A program made the translations under genes and the position numbers. A stretch of 36,256 bases of DNA, taken from the NCBI GenBank assembly GCA_034408725.1, contig JAWXCN010000129.1:1-36256 (forward strand). The letters are read 5' to 3'. The DNA is from Candidatus Hydrogenedentota bacterium (GTDB lineage: Bacteria; Hydrogenedentota; Hydrogenedentia; Hydrogenedentales; SLHB01). Below, one piece after another: positions 1 through 8,742 of the stretch (positions are counted from its first letter, which is position 1; each line of letters opens with the position of its first letter). Below the pieces are notes generated by a model. It worked only from the letters and a program-made list of their open reading frames with translations, searched no databases and was not told where the DNA came from.

Positions 1-1
1 C

Positions 2-2164
2 CGTCGATTCGAGCAGTTCCGCTGCCTGGTGCCCTCGACACTGCCGGAGCGCGTGGCGAGCGATCGCAACGCCGGTGTGCAACTACTTCCTCAGACCCCG
101 ATTAGCATTGATGTTTACGACAAGAGCAATCCGGAAGAAGGAGTCTTTCCGTTCTTCGGACCCGAACCGTTCGGTTTTGACATGATTGAAGCCAACGTGT
201 CTGGAAAAATCCTGGACGTGGCAGGGGTGAACCAGGTCGTTTCCGCGGACAGCGGGCCCGTTGCGATGCTTGGCATCGATCTCAGCACGAATCGGGACAC
301 GCAAGGCATCGCTGATCAGGGTGCAACCGGCACCGGCGGGCCGGCCACGTTTAGCGTTACGAATGCGGGATGGGCGACCGGGGCCTTCACCGGATTTTTC
401 CTGATCGACAGCCAGTACGAGCAATTTCAGATCGTGTCGAACACGTCCAACCGGTTGAATCTCGACGCGCCCACGAACGCCAGCGGCACCCCGCGCAATG
501 GGGCGTGGATCATCGCGAGAGACCCGACGTTCCTCGAACAGATCATTGTCGAGTTCTACGACAACGGAAACGACGGCGGATTCAACCATCTCGACGATCT
601 GATGCCAATGGATATCGATCCAACCGTGAGCGGTATTGCGTTATACCGCGACAACGACAACAATCCGTCGAACGAAAACGGCACATTTGACGACGGCGAT
701 TTACCAGTACGGATGAATTTCCCGCCGTACCAGATCGGTGCCGCGGGCGAAGTCGAGAACCAGTTCCTGCTCGTGTTCTCGACGCCGGGAACCGACGATA
801 TCCCGACCGATCAGATCAACCAGACACGCCGGCGCCAGTGGATACCCGATTCGTTTGGCAATGGGCTGGGTGATCCCAATGCGGGACCGGACTTCTTCGT
901 AGTCATTCAAACCTCGAATGATATACAAATCGGGGACGATTTCCGCGTGGGCATGGCCTCGTGGGGACCGAACACTCCGACCGAACCCGACCCTGACACG
1001 TTCCCGCCGCCACCCGCGACGCGGACTGGCGAGTTTGACGTGTTCAGCGAGTTCCCGTGGGGGCAACGCGCGATCGGTCTCATCACGTTCTTCCAGGATG
1101 AGACGTATTTCAAGCAGTATCCCGAAGAAGACAACAGCGGTTTCAATTGGGTCCGCTCTTCGATCAACAAGTCCGTGCAGACAGGCGTTATTCTCGCGGG
1201 AGACGACGTATCGAATCCCGATGATCTGATTATTGACGATGTTTCGCCGAACGTCCTGCCCAAGAACATTACCGGCGCCGGGTTCACGCTGACAATTACA
1301 GGCGAGAATTTTGGCTCTAGCCCGACCGTTACTCTGGACGGGGTTTCACTGACAGTCGTGACTTCGAGCGAAACCTTGATAACCGCCCTGATTCCCGGCG
1401 GGACCACATTGGATACGGATGGAGATGGCGAAGTCACACTGCGTGTCGATGATCCCTCCACCGGTAACTTCGATCGCTTCAGTGATTTCGAGATCGACAC
1501 CACTGGCACGGGCGGCGGAAACGCGCCGGTCATTATTTCGATTACCCCAGACGAGGGCAACCGCGACGTCTTCCCCGTGACGATTACGGGCGAGAACTTT
1601 AGCAACGAGCCCGTCGTGCGGTTCGAAGGCGTGCTGATGCCAATTCAAGGCACCCCGACTTCGACCGAAGTGCGCGTATCGTTCCCCGTCGGCGGGTTGC
1701 CGTTTACGGGTCCGCTCGACGTTCAGGTGCGCAACAAGAAAGGCCTTCTGGGTGTCAAGCCCAACGGCTTTAACTACATCAATTCGCCAACCGGCGGCGG
1801 TGATGGCGGCGGTGGATTCGGTGGCGGCGGCGGACTGCCTACTGGCGGTTGCTTTATCGCGACAGCGGCATACGGCTCGCCGTTCTCGGCGCACCTCGAC
1901 ACGTTCCGTTCGTTCCGCGACGGTATCCTGCTCAAAACCGCGCCCGGCACCGCCCTGGTGAATGTGTACTACACGGTGAGCCCTTCGCTTGCCGATGATG
2001 TTGCCGGGTCGCCGGTGCTTTCGTTCTTTGTCCGCGCCGTGCTGACGCCGGTTGCGTGGGCAATGGAAGCGCCAGGCATGGCGGCGATCACGATGATGCT
2101 GGTGATGTGTGGCGGACTGGGTTGGCGCGCGCGGCGGGTCAGGGCGCGCGCAACCGTCCGATAG
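2..2164 (+). CDS. Large cell-surface protein (5'-truncated) with two IPT/TIG-like domains, a Gly-rich linker and a C-terminal CFI-box-CTERM-type sorting domain
   Basis: Frame is open from base 2 (RRFEQFRCLV...), so the listed GTG at 29 is probably not the true start. IPT/TIG-like repeats LIIDDVSPNVLP..TLTITGENFG (~1226) and APVIISITPDEG..VTITGENFS (~1523). Acidic LYRDNDNNPSNENGTFDDGD loop. GGCFIATAAYGS..FRSFRDGILLKTAPGTALVNVYYTVSP from 1850, then a hydrophobic helix and an Arg-rich tail. Confidence 0.8.
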   Translation, partial: RRFEQFRCLVPSTLPERVASDRNAGVQLLPQTPISIDVYDKSNPEEGVFPFFGPEPFGFDMIEANVSGKILDVAGVNQVVSADSGPVAMLGIDLSTNRDTQGIADQGATGTGGPATFSVTNAGWATGAFTGFFLIDSQYEQFQIVSNTSNRLNLDAPTNASGTPRNGAWIIARDPTFLEQIIVEFYDNGNDGGFNHLDDLMPMDIDPTVSGIALYRDNDNNPSNENGTFDDGDLPVRMNFPPYQIGAAGEVENQFLLVFSTPGTDDIPTDQINQTRRRQWIPDSFGNGLGDPNAGPDFFVVIQTSNDIQIGDDFRVGMASWGPNTPTEPDPDTFPPPPATRTGEFDVFSEFPWGQRAIGLITFFQDETYFKQYPEEDNSGFNWVRSSINKSVQTGVILAGDDVSNPDDLIIDDVSPNVLPKNITGAGFTLTITGENFGSSPTVTLDGVSLTVVTSSETLITALIPGGTTLDTDGDGEVTLRVDDPSTGNFDRFSDFEIDTTGTGGGNAPVIISITPDEGNRDVFPVTITGENFSNEPVVRFEGVLMPIQGTPTSTEVRVSFPVGGLPFTGPLDVQVRNKKGLLGVKPNGFNYINSPTGGGDGGGGFGGGGGLPTGGCFIATAAYGSPFSAHLDTFRSFRDGILLKTAPGTALVNVYYTVSPSLADDVAGSPVLSFFVRAVLTPVAWAMEAPGMAAITMMLVMCGGLGWRARRVRARATVR

Positions 2165-2182
2165 AATAAGTTTCACACGCGG

Positions 2183-2214
2183 GTGTTGCGCCGGCCAAGG
2201 GGTCGGCGCAATAC
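2183..2214 (+). other. Intergenic 14-bp stem-loop (no U-tract)
   Basis: GTGTTGCGCCGGCC (2183-2196) pairs with GGTCGGCGCAATAC (2201-2214) with two G-U pairs; loop AAGG. Confidence 0.55.
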
Positions 2215-2267
2215 AACGCTGTGTAATGGGTGGAAGCCGTCCGGCCAACGAGAAAGGAATTCATCGC

Positions 2268-4661
2268 GTGCGCACGAGAATTCACGTCATGCCCCGCCTC
2301 ATTATAGCCTTCGCCGTATTGATGGCCCTCGCGCCAGGGGCACTGGCTTTCTATCCCTTCGGTTTCTTCAGTGCGGAGCAAGGCGGCCAATTAGAGTTCA
2401 TCAAATGGCCACTCAGTAAGTTTGATACCAATGGAGACGGCGACGTAACCATTGATGAAGGGATCGAGCTGAACTTCGAGTTCAGCGACGATATTGACCC
2501 CAATTTTTTTACTGAGATTGAAGTGGACAAGGTGCTCGCCGGATTCACGGAATGGGAACTCGTGAGCACAGCGTTTGTAGGCTTTAGACGCGGACAGGAC
2601 ATCACTGATCCTGTTGAACTAGACGCAAGTCTCAATACCATTGATGCGTTCAACGTCGTAGTGTTCGAGTCTGAAGAAGACGTAATTGAACAAGGTGGAA
2701 CCCTCACGGGCGGTTCCTATGTACTGGACTTGATCGCCAACTCCTTCGAGGACACATTCATAACAATTGGGGGGACTACAATCCCTGTGGACGGCGCGCA
2801 AATTATTGATGTCGATACAGTATACAACGCCATAAACAGGGAGCACGAGGCCGAGGAACCCGGAGTAATAAAATCCGTGTCGGTGCTTGGCGCGGGGACT
2901 TTTCTCGGACTAGGCTATAGCCCATTGGAAAATATAGATGAAGACGCTTCCGAAACCGCGGGGCGTCTGGTCGAAGACAAAGTCGTTGCTATCCGCAATT
3001 TCGACGGAGAGATTGGCCTGCGCGGTGTGACTTCGAGCATGCTCAACGCGTTCATTGCATACGATGAGGGCGGTGGTATTTTTGTGGATTCGCATCAGGA
3101 TTTGGCGCCTGATGATATCGCAGGCATCACGTTTCTGTACCCGAGAGCGGATCAGGATTTGTTTTTTAATCTTGCCCAACGCGTAAGAAGCCAGGGAAGC
3201 AATAATGTTGCGTCCACTCCGATTGGAGGCGCATGGATTCGCGCGTGGTGCGATGCGGACAATGCGGCGGGTTCGAATCGCGTCCCGATGTTCGATACTC
3301 TCACCGGACTTTACAACAACGGAATCGATTTCAATTTCCGTGGCCATTTCCAGCTAAACGGAATGTTTAAGCAACTCGAAACGCTAGACGAACAATCGTT
3401 CGCGGCAAACTACGTGGTGACGAGCAGCGAATTCCTTCCCATAGTCTTTCCAGGCGAATTCCGCAGCATCTACGACACAACCCACGGCGGATTCAATGGC
3501 GGCGTTGTTGGAGATGGCGCGATTGTTTTCGATACCCTCTTCCCTTCCGAAGTCTTCAATGAAGACGGTAATCTGTTTGGATTGCAGAGCGTTGATCAGG
3601 GCACGCCGTTGGTGTTCGATCTGATTCGGCGAAGGATCGTGAGTGAGACTTCGGACAGAACGCTCGACACCATACTTGCGGCGGGCCGGCCCATGTTTGG
3701 CGATCAGAACGAAACCTGCCCCTTGAACGTCGTCATCGGACCTCCGGTTGATGGCGGGGGAGAGGAAGCGTTGACGGCCCTTCGCGGAGTACGCGACAAC
3801 TTGTTGCTCCAGACTGCGGTGGGTGCGGCGATTACGGACGTGTACTACCGGATCGCGCCGTCGGCGGCCAGCGCGCTTACGCAGAATGCATCCCTGCTCA
3901 CTGCCGCGCGATGGGCATTTGATGGCTTGCGCTGGGTCGTACTGCATGCCGAGTGGTTACTGGTGGCTGCGTCTGCCCTGTTGTTTGGTGCACTTGCCCG
4001 AAATCGCACTGTGCGGCTCCGGGCCGCGGCACTGACGGTAGCCGTATCGTTGTTCGCATTTGCGGGAACTGCGAATGCGCAGATGTTGCCTTACGAAATT
4101 TCCGATTATTTCGCGATGGCGGATGACGTTGTTGTCGGCAAAGTGATCGAGTGCGAGAGCCGTTGGATCGAAAACAATACGCGAATCATCACCGACATTG
4201 CGGTGCAGGTGGACGAACCGATCAAGGGCAAGCAGAACTCCGGAGGTTCGGTCCATTTGCAGCTTCCCACTGGACGCGTAGGCGCCATTGGCCGGTCGTC
4301 CGCGCAGATGCCCGCGTTTGCGGTCGGCGAGGAAATCCTCGTCTTTCTGGACGCGCAGAAAAAGGGATATATGGTCGCTGGCGGCGTCGCGGGAAAATTC
4401 CGCGTCGTTCCACATCCGAAAACAGGCGAGAAATACGTGTTTGCGACATCCATGCAAGGACATCTGCTATTCGAGCGCGAAGCCGCGAAGATGAAACAAC
4501 AGGAACCAGCGGACGGCATTGAAGTGTCCAATGCCAGCGGGCCGTTGAAGATTGATTTTGAGAACCGGACGCTCGTAAAGCTCGAAGATTTTGTAAAGTA
4601 CCTCCGCGATCTCGACCGCGATCAACAGAAGCACACCCTTACCGCGAAGCAGTCCGAATAA
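2268..4661 (+). CDS. Secreted/membrane-anchored protein: inactive matrixin (M10)-like domain, internal CFI-box-like anchor, second signal peptide, C-terminal beta-rich domain
   Basis: RBS AAAGGA 2253-2258 before GTG 2268 (ATG 2289 is an alternative start). Signal peptide ..IIAFAVLMALAPGALA|FY. LGAGTFLGLGYS occupies the HExGHxLGLxHS position, followed by SSM and LAPDDIAGITFLYP. LRGVRDNLLLQTAVGAAITDVYYRIAP resembles the CFI-box of the upstream gene. Confidence 0.75.
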   Translation: MRTRIHVMPRLIIAFAVLMALAPGALAFYPFGFFSAEQGGQLEFIKWPLSKFDTNGDGDVTIDEGIELNFEFSDDIDPNFFTEIEVDKVLAGFTEWELVSTAFVGFRRGQDITDPVELDASLNTIDAFNVVVFESEEDVIEQGGTLTGGSYVLDLIANSFEDTFITIGGTTIPVDGAQIIDVDTVYNAINREHEAEEPGVIKSVSVLGAGTFLGLGYSPLENIDEDASETAGRLVEDKVVAIRNFDGEIGLRGVTSSMLNAFIAYDEGGGIFVDSHQDLAPDDIAGITFLYPRADQDLFFNLAQRVRSQGSNNVASTPIGGAWIRAWCDADNAAGSNRVPMFDTLTGLYNNGIDFNFRGHFQLNGMFKQLETLDEQSFAANYVVTSSEFLPIVFPGEFRSIYDTTHGGFNGGVVGDGAIVFDTLFPSEVFNEDGNLFGLQSVDQGTPLVFDLIRRRIVSETSDRTLDTILAAGRPMFGDQNETCPLNVVIGPPVDGGGEEALTALRGVRDNLLLQTAVGAAITDVYYRIAPSAASALTQNASLLTAARWAFDGLRWVVLHAEWLLVAASALLFGALARNRTVRLRAAALTVAVSLFAFAGTANAQMLPYEISDYFAMADDVVVGKVIECESRWIENNTRIITDIAVQVDEPIKGKQNSGGSVHLQLPTGRVGAIGRSSAQMPAFAVGEEILVFLDAQKKGYMVAGGVAGKFRVVPHPKTGEKYVFATSMQGHLLFEREAAKMKQQEPADGIEVSNASGPLKIDFENRTLVKLEDFVKYLRDLDRDQQKHTLTAKQSE

Positions 4662-4848
4662 CCGCTCCAGCGATATTCGCGGGAGATTTTCGCGGTGGGT
4701 CGGGATTTCCGCTTCGTTCCAAGAATCCACAGCGCCGGTCAGCGAATCTATCGGTTGAACTCCATCAGCGGCTTGGCCGCACTGCTTGCGGTCTTCCCAA
4801 TTATCCCCCAAAGTATGGTGTGGCAGGCACTTATTTTTCGTGCAGGCG

Positions 4849-4877
4849 TTGCATTAGGGGGTTGCGTCGAGTAGACT
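4849..4877 (+). promoter_or_regulatory. Candidate sigma70-type promoter for the gsp operon
   Basis: TTGCAT (4849-4854), 17 bp, TAGACT (4872-4877), about 200 nt upstream of gspC. Confidence 0.4.
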
Positions 4878-5081
4878 TTCGGCTGTTCCCTGCGCCGTAA
4901 AGTGGAAAATTACGCACCTGCGTCAACCGGCTGGGCAGGCCCGCCGTTAATGGTTCGCCGGAAGACCTTGCAACCGAGAGACTTGGGCATTCGGCAGCGG
5001 TTTCTTGCGGCGGCAGCGGGGAACCGGGCGGGGAATTCCGCGCCTCACATTTCCAGCGAAGGCCCACGCACGGAGGATAGA

Positions 5082-6002
5082 ATGGTTCGAGGATTATTGA
5101 TTCGGCAGGCGCTGACTGCCGTCAACTTCGTGCTTGCGGTAGGCATTGCGTACGTAATTTATTTGATTGGTACGCAACAGTTTGGCTACGCCCAAGCGCC
5201 AGCTTCCCTCGATCTTGAAGGCATTGCGGACACTGAATTGCAGATCGCCAAGGTTGGGCCCCGCGAGGAGTACAACGCAATCGTAAACGCGGGAATGTTT
5301 GGGAATGCGGGCAAGGCCGCGCCGGTCGTGGAGGAAGATCCGAATGAAGAACCAGAGCTGGTGCCAACGACCGCGCCTTTGACGCTGCATGGAACGTCTG
5401 CGTCGTATCCTTCCGATCCGCTTGCGACGGCGATCATCGAGAATCCCACGGCCGCAACGCCCATAAAGGTCGCAACATTTTACCAGGGGCAGGAGGTCAT
5501 GCCGGGGCTTATGCTGCTCGAAGTGCATCGCCGCCGCGTTATTTTGCACAACGAGTCCAAGAACCAGAACGAAGAGTTGGTTATGGCGCAGCTGGGAAGC
5601 CAGGAGTCCACTGCGAAATCGGCCTTGCCTGACCGGCGCGGACGCCAGGGCGCGGAGAAAACCGGGGACAATCCAAACCATGTCACGCTTGAACGCCAAG
5701 CCGTGCTTGATGAAGTGAATGCGTACAACTATACCGACCTCATCGCGGAACTGAATCCGCAATTGGTCGAGGACGACAAGGGCAACGTGATAGGCATATC
5801 ATCGGCGACGCTCGAGAATATTCCGCTGGCGCAGTCGGCGGGGCTGAAGAACAATGATGTCATTCAATCGATCAACGGAATGAACATCGATAGTGAACAG
5901 AAAATTGGCGAAATAGCCCAGAGAATTGGCAACGCCAATACGATTCGGCTCAGTATTACGCGCGAAGGCAAACCCCAAACGCTGACCATCAAGGTTCAAT
6001 AG
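5082..6002 (+). CDS. gspC: Type II secretion protein C with C-terminal PDZ domain
   Basis: RBS GGAGG 5072-5076 before ATG 5082. N-terminal TM helix, HR-domain-like LTLHGTS..ATAIIEN..VILHN, PDZ-like AGLKNNDVIQSINGMNI..ITREGK. First gene before the secretin. Confidence 0.85.
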   Translation: MVRGLLIRQALTAVNFVLAVGIAYVIYLIGTQQFGYAQAPASLDLEGIADTELQIAKVGPREEYNAIVNAGMFGNAGKAAPVVEEDPNEEPELVPTTAPLTLHGTSASYPSDPLATAIIENPTAATPIKVATFYQGQEVMPGLMLLEVHRRRVILHNESKNQNEELVMAQLGSQESTAKSALPDRRGRQGAEKTGDNPNHVTLERQAVLDEVNAYNYTDLIAELNPQLVEDDKGNVIGISSATLENIPLAQSAGLKNNDVIQSINGMNIDSEQKIGEIAQRIGNANTIRLSITREGKPQTLTIKVQ

Positions 6003-6012
6003 GTTTTTCTGA

Positions 6013-8739
6013 ATGAACACACCCCTCGCTCCCGCCGACCCCATTCTCCGCACGATGCCTCTGCCGCATGCCGGCCGCGTGATTGCGCGCGCGGCTATGT
6101 TTGGCATCGTAATTCTGGTGTCATGTCTTTTTGTTGCGCCCGCCCAACAGGGCAACGGCAGGTCCGTGTTCGCGGCGGAAGGCGAGGTCAAGGAAAGCAA
6201 GGAAGAAAAGGCGGCAGCGCGGGAACAACGCAAAGAAGGAAAAAAAGAACAGCGCTCCACGCAGAAGAAACAGGTTGGCGTCGAGGGTCCGGAACCCATG
6301 CCGGAAATGCCGGAGGCGACCGAAGAAAAGGGCGCCGATGAACCCGCCCCACTCGTGGACGCGGAAGAAGTCGAAGGTACGGCCCCCCCGCGGCCCCGTG
6401 TCAATATCCCGTCCCGTCCCGCGGCGCCGCTCGCGGCAACTGAAATGCCCTTGCCCGAATCGAAGCCCTCTGAAGGCGTATTGCAGGAACCGCCGCCACC
6501 GCCGGAATTAAAGCCGAACGAAGCGCGGCCCAAACTTGGCGCACCCGGCGGGTCGCCGTTATATCTTGATTTCGACAAACAATCGCTGGCGCAGGTGGTT
6601 GCGGCCATTGGCCCAATGATCGGGAAGAATTTTCTGCTCGATCAAACGGTTGCGGAACAGCCGGTCACCCTGATCACGCACGACGCGATTCCGAGCGATA
6701 TGATCCTCCCCATTTTTGAAGCAGTGTTGAATACGTACAACTTCAAAATGGTGGAGACGGCGGGCGGCAACCTGATCAAGATCGTCCCGCTTGAACAGAA
6801 CAAGGACCAGGCCGATCTCATCCTGGAGCAGAACGTAATACCGGAAGGCTACGAAAACTACATATTCCAAGTGGTCCAGATAAAGCATGCGGCGGCGAGC
6901 GAAGTTTCGCAATTGCTCACGGAAGTAGGATCGAAAGAGGCGAAGGTCACGGTCTATGAGCGCACCAACATGCTGCTCCTGTACGGCACCTCCTCCAGCA
7001 TTCGCAAAATGCTGGAATTGATTGAACAAGTGGACGCGCCAGGCTTCGAGGAGGTCGTCGAGTTTTTCACCCTCGAATTTACCCGCGCCGAAATAATCGC
7101 GGAGCAAATTACCACGGTACTGCTTGGAGACGAGGCCCAAGCCGGCGCCAGTGGCCAGCAGCCGGCGCAACCGGTCGTGCGCCAGCCGACACCCGTGGCG
7201 CGCCCCTCGCGCCCGGGCACTCCAGGGGGCACCGCAGCCACGCAACTGGTCATTGGAACGCAAGCGCTGACGCTGCGCATCACGCCGGATGAACGTTTGA
7301 ATGCGTTGATAGTCGTAGCATCGCAACCGCTCATGGAGCGGGTGCGCGACCTGATCGAAAAACTCGACACCCCGACACCGCCCGATTCCAACAATATGCA
7401 CGTGCGCGAATTGCAGCACGCCGACGCTGAAGCCGTGCAGGAAACGCTGCAACAGTTAATTGGAGGCGGCGGGGGCAGCAGCAGCCCACGTTCATCCGCC
7501 GGCGCGGGTGGCACTGGTGCGCGGCCTGGCGCCGCCGGTGGCGGCGGCGGTGGCGCGAGCGCGGTGTCAGCGGCCGGCGGCGCGGCCGACGGCGACGTGC
7601 AATTGTTCGAGAAGAGCGTCAACATCGCGATGTACGAAAAGACCAACTCGCTGCTCATTGTCGCGTCGCCGCAGGATTTCAAGCTGCTGGACTCGATCAT
7701 TTCACAAATCGACTTGCCGATGCGCCAGGTACACGTCGAAGCGATCATCATGGAAGTCGCCATTGGCGACCGCTTCAAGCTCGCCGTTGAATCCGCCGGG
7801 CTGACCGCGAACGACTATTTCGCATTGAACAACATTGTGTCGCTCGCGAACGTGTTGCAATCCGGTCCGCTCGCGGCCCTTGATACCGATGACATCACGA
7901 GCATCGGGATCATCGACGGCACCACGGAGTTGACGTTTCCCGATGGCGCGGGCGGGACGGTGACGCAGGAAGTTCCCAATGTGCCACTGTTGCTGCAGGC
8001 GCTCGAATCGCTCACTGCGCTCGACGTGATCTCTCGACCAAGTCTGATTACGGTTGATAACGAAGAAGCCAATATCGTTGACGGTCAGGACGTGCCGATT
8101 CCCACGGGTTCACAACGATCACTCGATAGTGGCGGTGGCGTAGGCGGCAGCGTGTTTACGACGACACAGCGCGAGGAAATCGGCGTCAAGCTCACCGTGA
8201 CTCCGCAAATCAGCCAGGGCAATTACGTCTATCTCGATCTCGAAGTCGAAGTATCGCGTCCGATTCAGAGCAGCGTGGGTATCGATCCGAATGACACCGG
8301 CATCACGCTTTCATTGTCCAAGGTAGTCAACAAGGTCGTCGTGCGCGACGGTTCTACGGGCATCCTCGGCGGGCTCATCAGCGAAGGCACGGACCGGCTC
8401 CGGCAGCAAACGCCCCTGCTTGGCGATCTGCCGCTTCTCGGTTGGTTGTTTGGCCGGAAAGACTATCAGCGAACCAAACGCAACCTTGTGGTGTTAATAA
8501 CCCCGACGATTGTGAAAGAAGGCATCGATTTAGAACGATTGACCGACGCGCAAACCGCGAAAGCCGCAACCGCGAACGCGGACGTGTTTTTCGAGCGCGG
8601 CATATTCAAGAAGATTCCGACCAAGGCGCGCATGCGCAGCAAGTATCGTCCGACCGAGGCGGCGCTCGACGAAGTGCGGGGCATCTCGGATGCGCCGGCC
8701 GCCAATGTCGAACGAGGAACGATCGAGGGAGCGCAGTAA
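6013..8739 (+). CDS. gspD: Type II secretion secretin GspD
   Basis: N0 domain (LDFDKQSL..IGKNFLLD), repeated N domains (YERTNMLLL, DERLNALIV, YEKTNSLLI), QVHVEAIIMEV, GVKLTVTPQI, PLLGDLPLLGWLF, KRNLVVLITPTIV. Exact start uncertain (6013 or 6055). Confidence 0.95.
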   Translation: MNTPLAPADPILRTMPLPHAGRVIARAAMFGIVILVSCLFVAPAQQGNGRSVFAAEGEVKESKEEKAAAREQRKEGKKEQRSTQKKQVGVEGPEPMPEMPEATEEKGADEPAPLVDAEEVEGTAPPRPRVNIPSRPAAPLAATEMPLPESKPSEGVLQEPPPPPELKPNEARPKLGAPGGSPLYLDFDKQSLAQVVAAIGPMIGKNFLLDQTVAEQPVTLITHDAIPSDMILPIFEAVLNTYNFKMVETAGGNLIKIVPLEQNKDQADLILEQNVIPEGYENYIFQVVQIKHAAASEVSQLLTEVGSKEAKVTVYERTNMLLLYGTSSSIRKMLELIEQVDAPGFEEVVEFFTLEFTRAEIIAEQITTVLLGDEAQAGASGQQPAQPVVRQPTPVARPSRPGTPGGTAATQLVIGTQALTLRITPDERLNALIVVASQPLMERVRDLIEKLDTPTPPDSNNMHVRELQHADAEAVQETLQQLIGGGGGSSSPRSSAGAGGTGARPGAAGGGGGGASAVSAAGGAADGDVQLFEKSVNIAMYEKTNSLLIVASPQDFKLLDSIISQIDLPMRQVHVEAIIMEVAIGDRFKLAVESAGLTANDYFALNNIVSLANVLQSGPLAALDTDDITSIGIIDGTTELTFPDGAGGTVTQEVPNVPLLLQALESLTALDVISRPSLITVDNEEANIVDGQDVPIPTGSQRSLDSGGGVGGSVFTTTQREEIGVKLTVTPQISQGNYVYLDLEVEVSRPIQSSVGIDPNDTGITLSLSKVVNKVVVRDGSTGILGGLISEGTDRLRQQTPLLGDLPLLGWLFGRKDYQRTKRNLVVLITPTIVKEGIDLERLTDAQTAKAATANADVFFERGIFKKIPTKARMRSKYRPTEAALDEVRGISDAPAANVERGTIEGAQ

Positions 8740-8742
8740 CCC

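Noticed and set aside
2109-2267. N-terminal extension of the 850-aa ORF (likewise the listed starts at 4902, 13018, 15607, 19983, 25092 and 28058)
   Set aside because: Downstream starts have better RBSs, stop/start overlaps or proper signal/prepilin leaders; the extensions look non-coding.
5008-5030. GGCAGCGGGGAACCG resembles the 3' end of a c-di-GMP-I riboswitch
   Set aside because: The upstream GCAAA, GNRA-tetraloop and receptor elements are not present.
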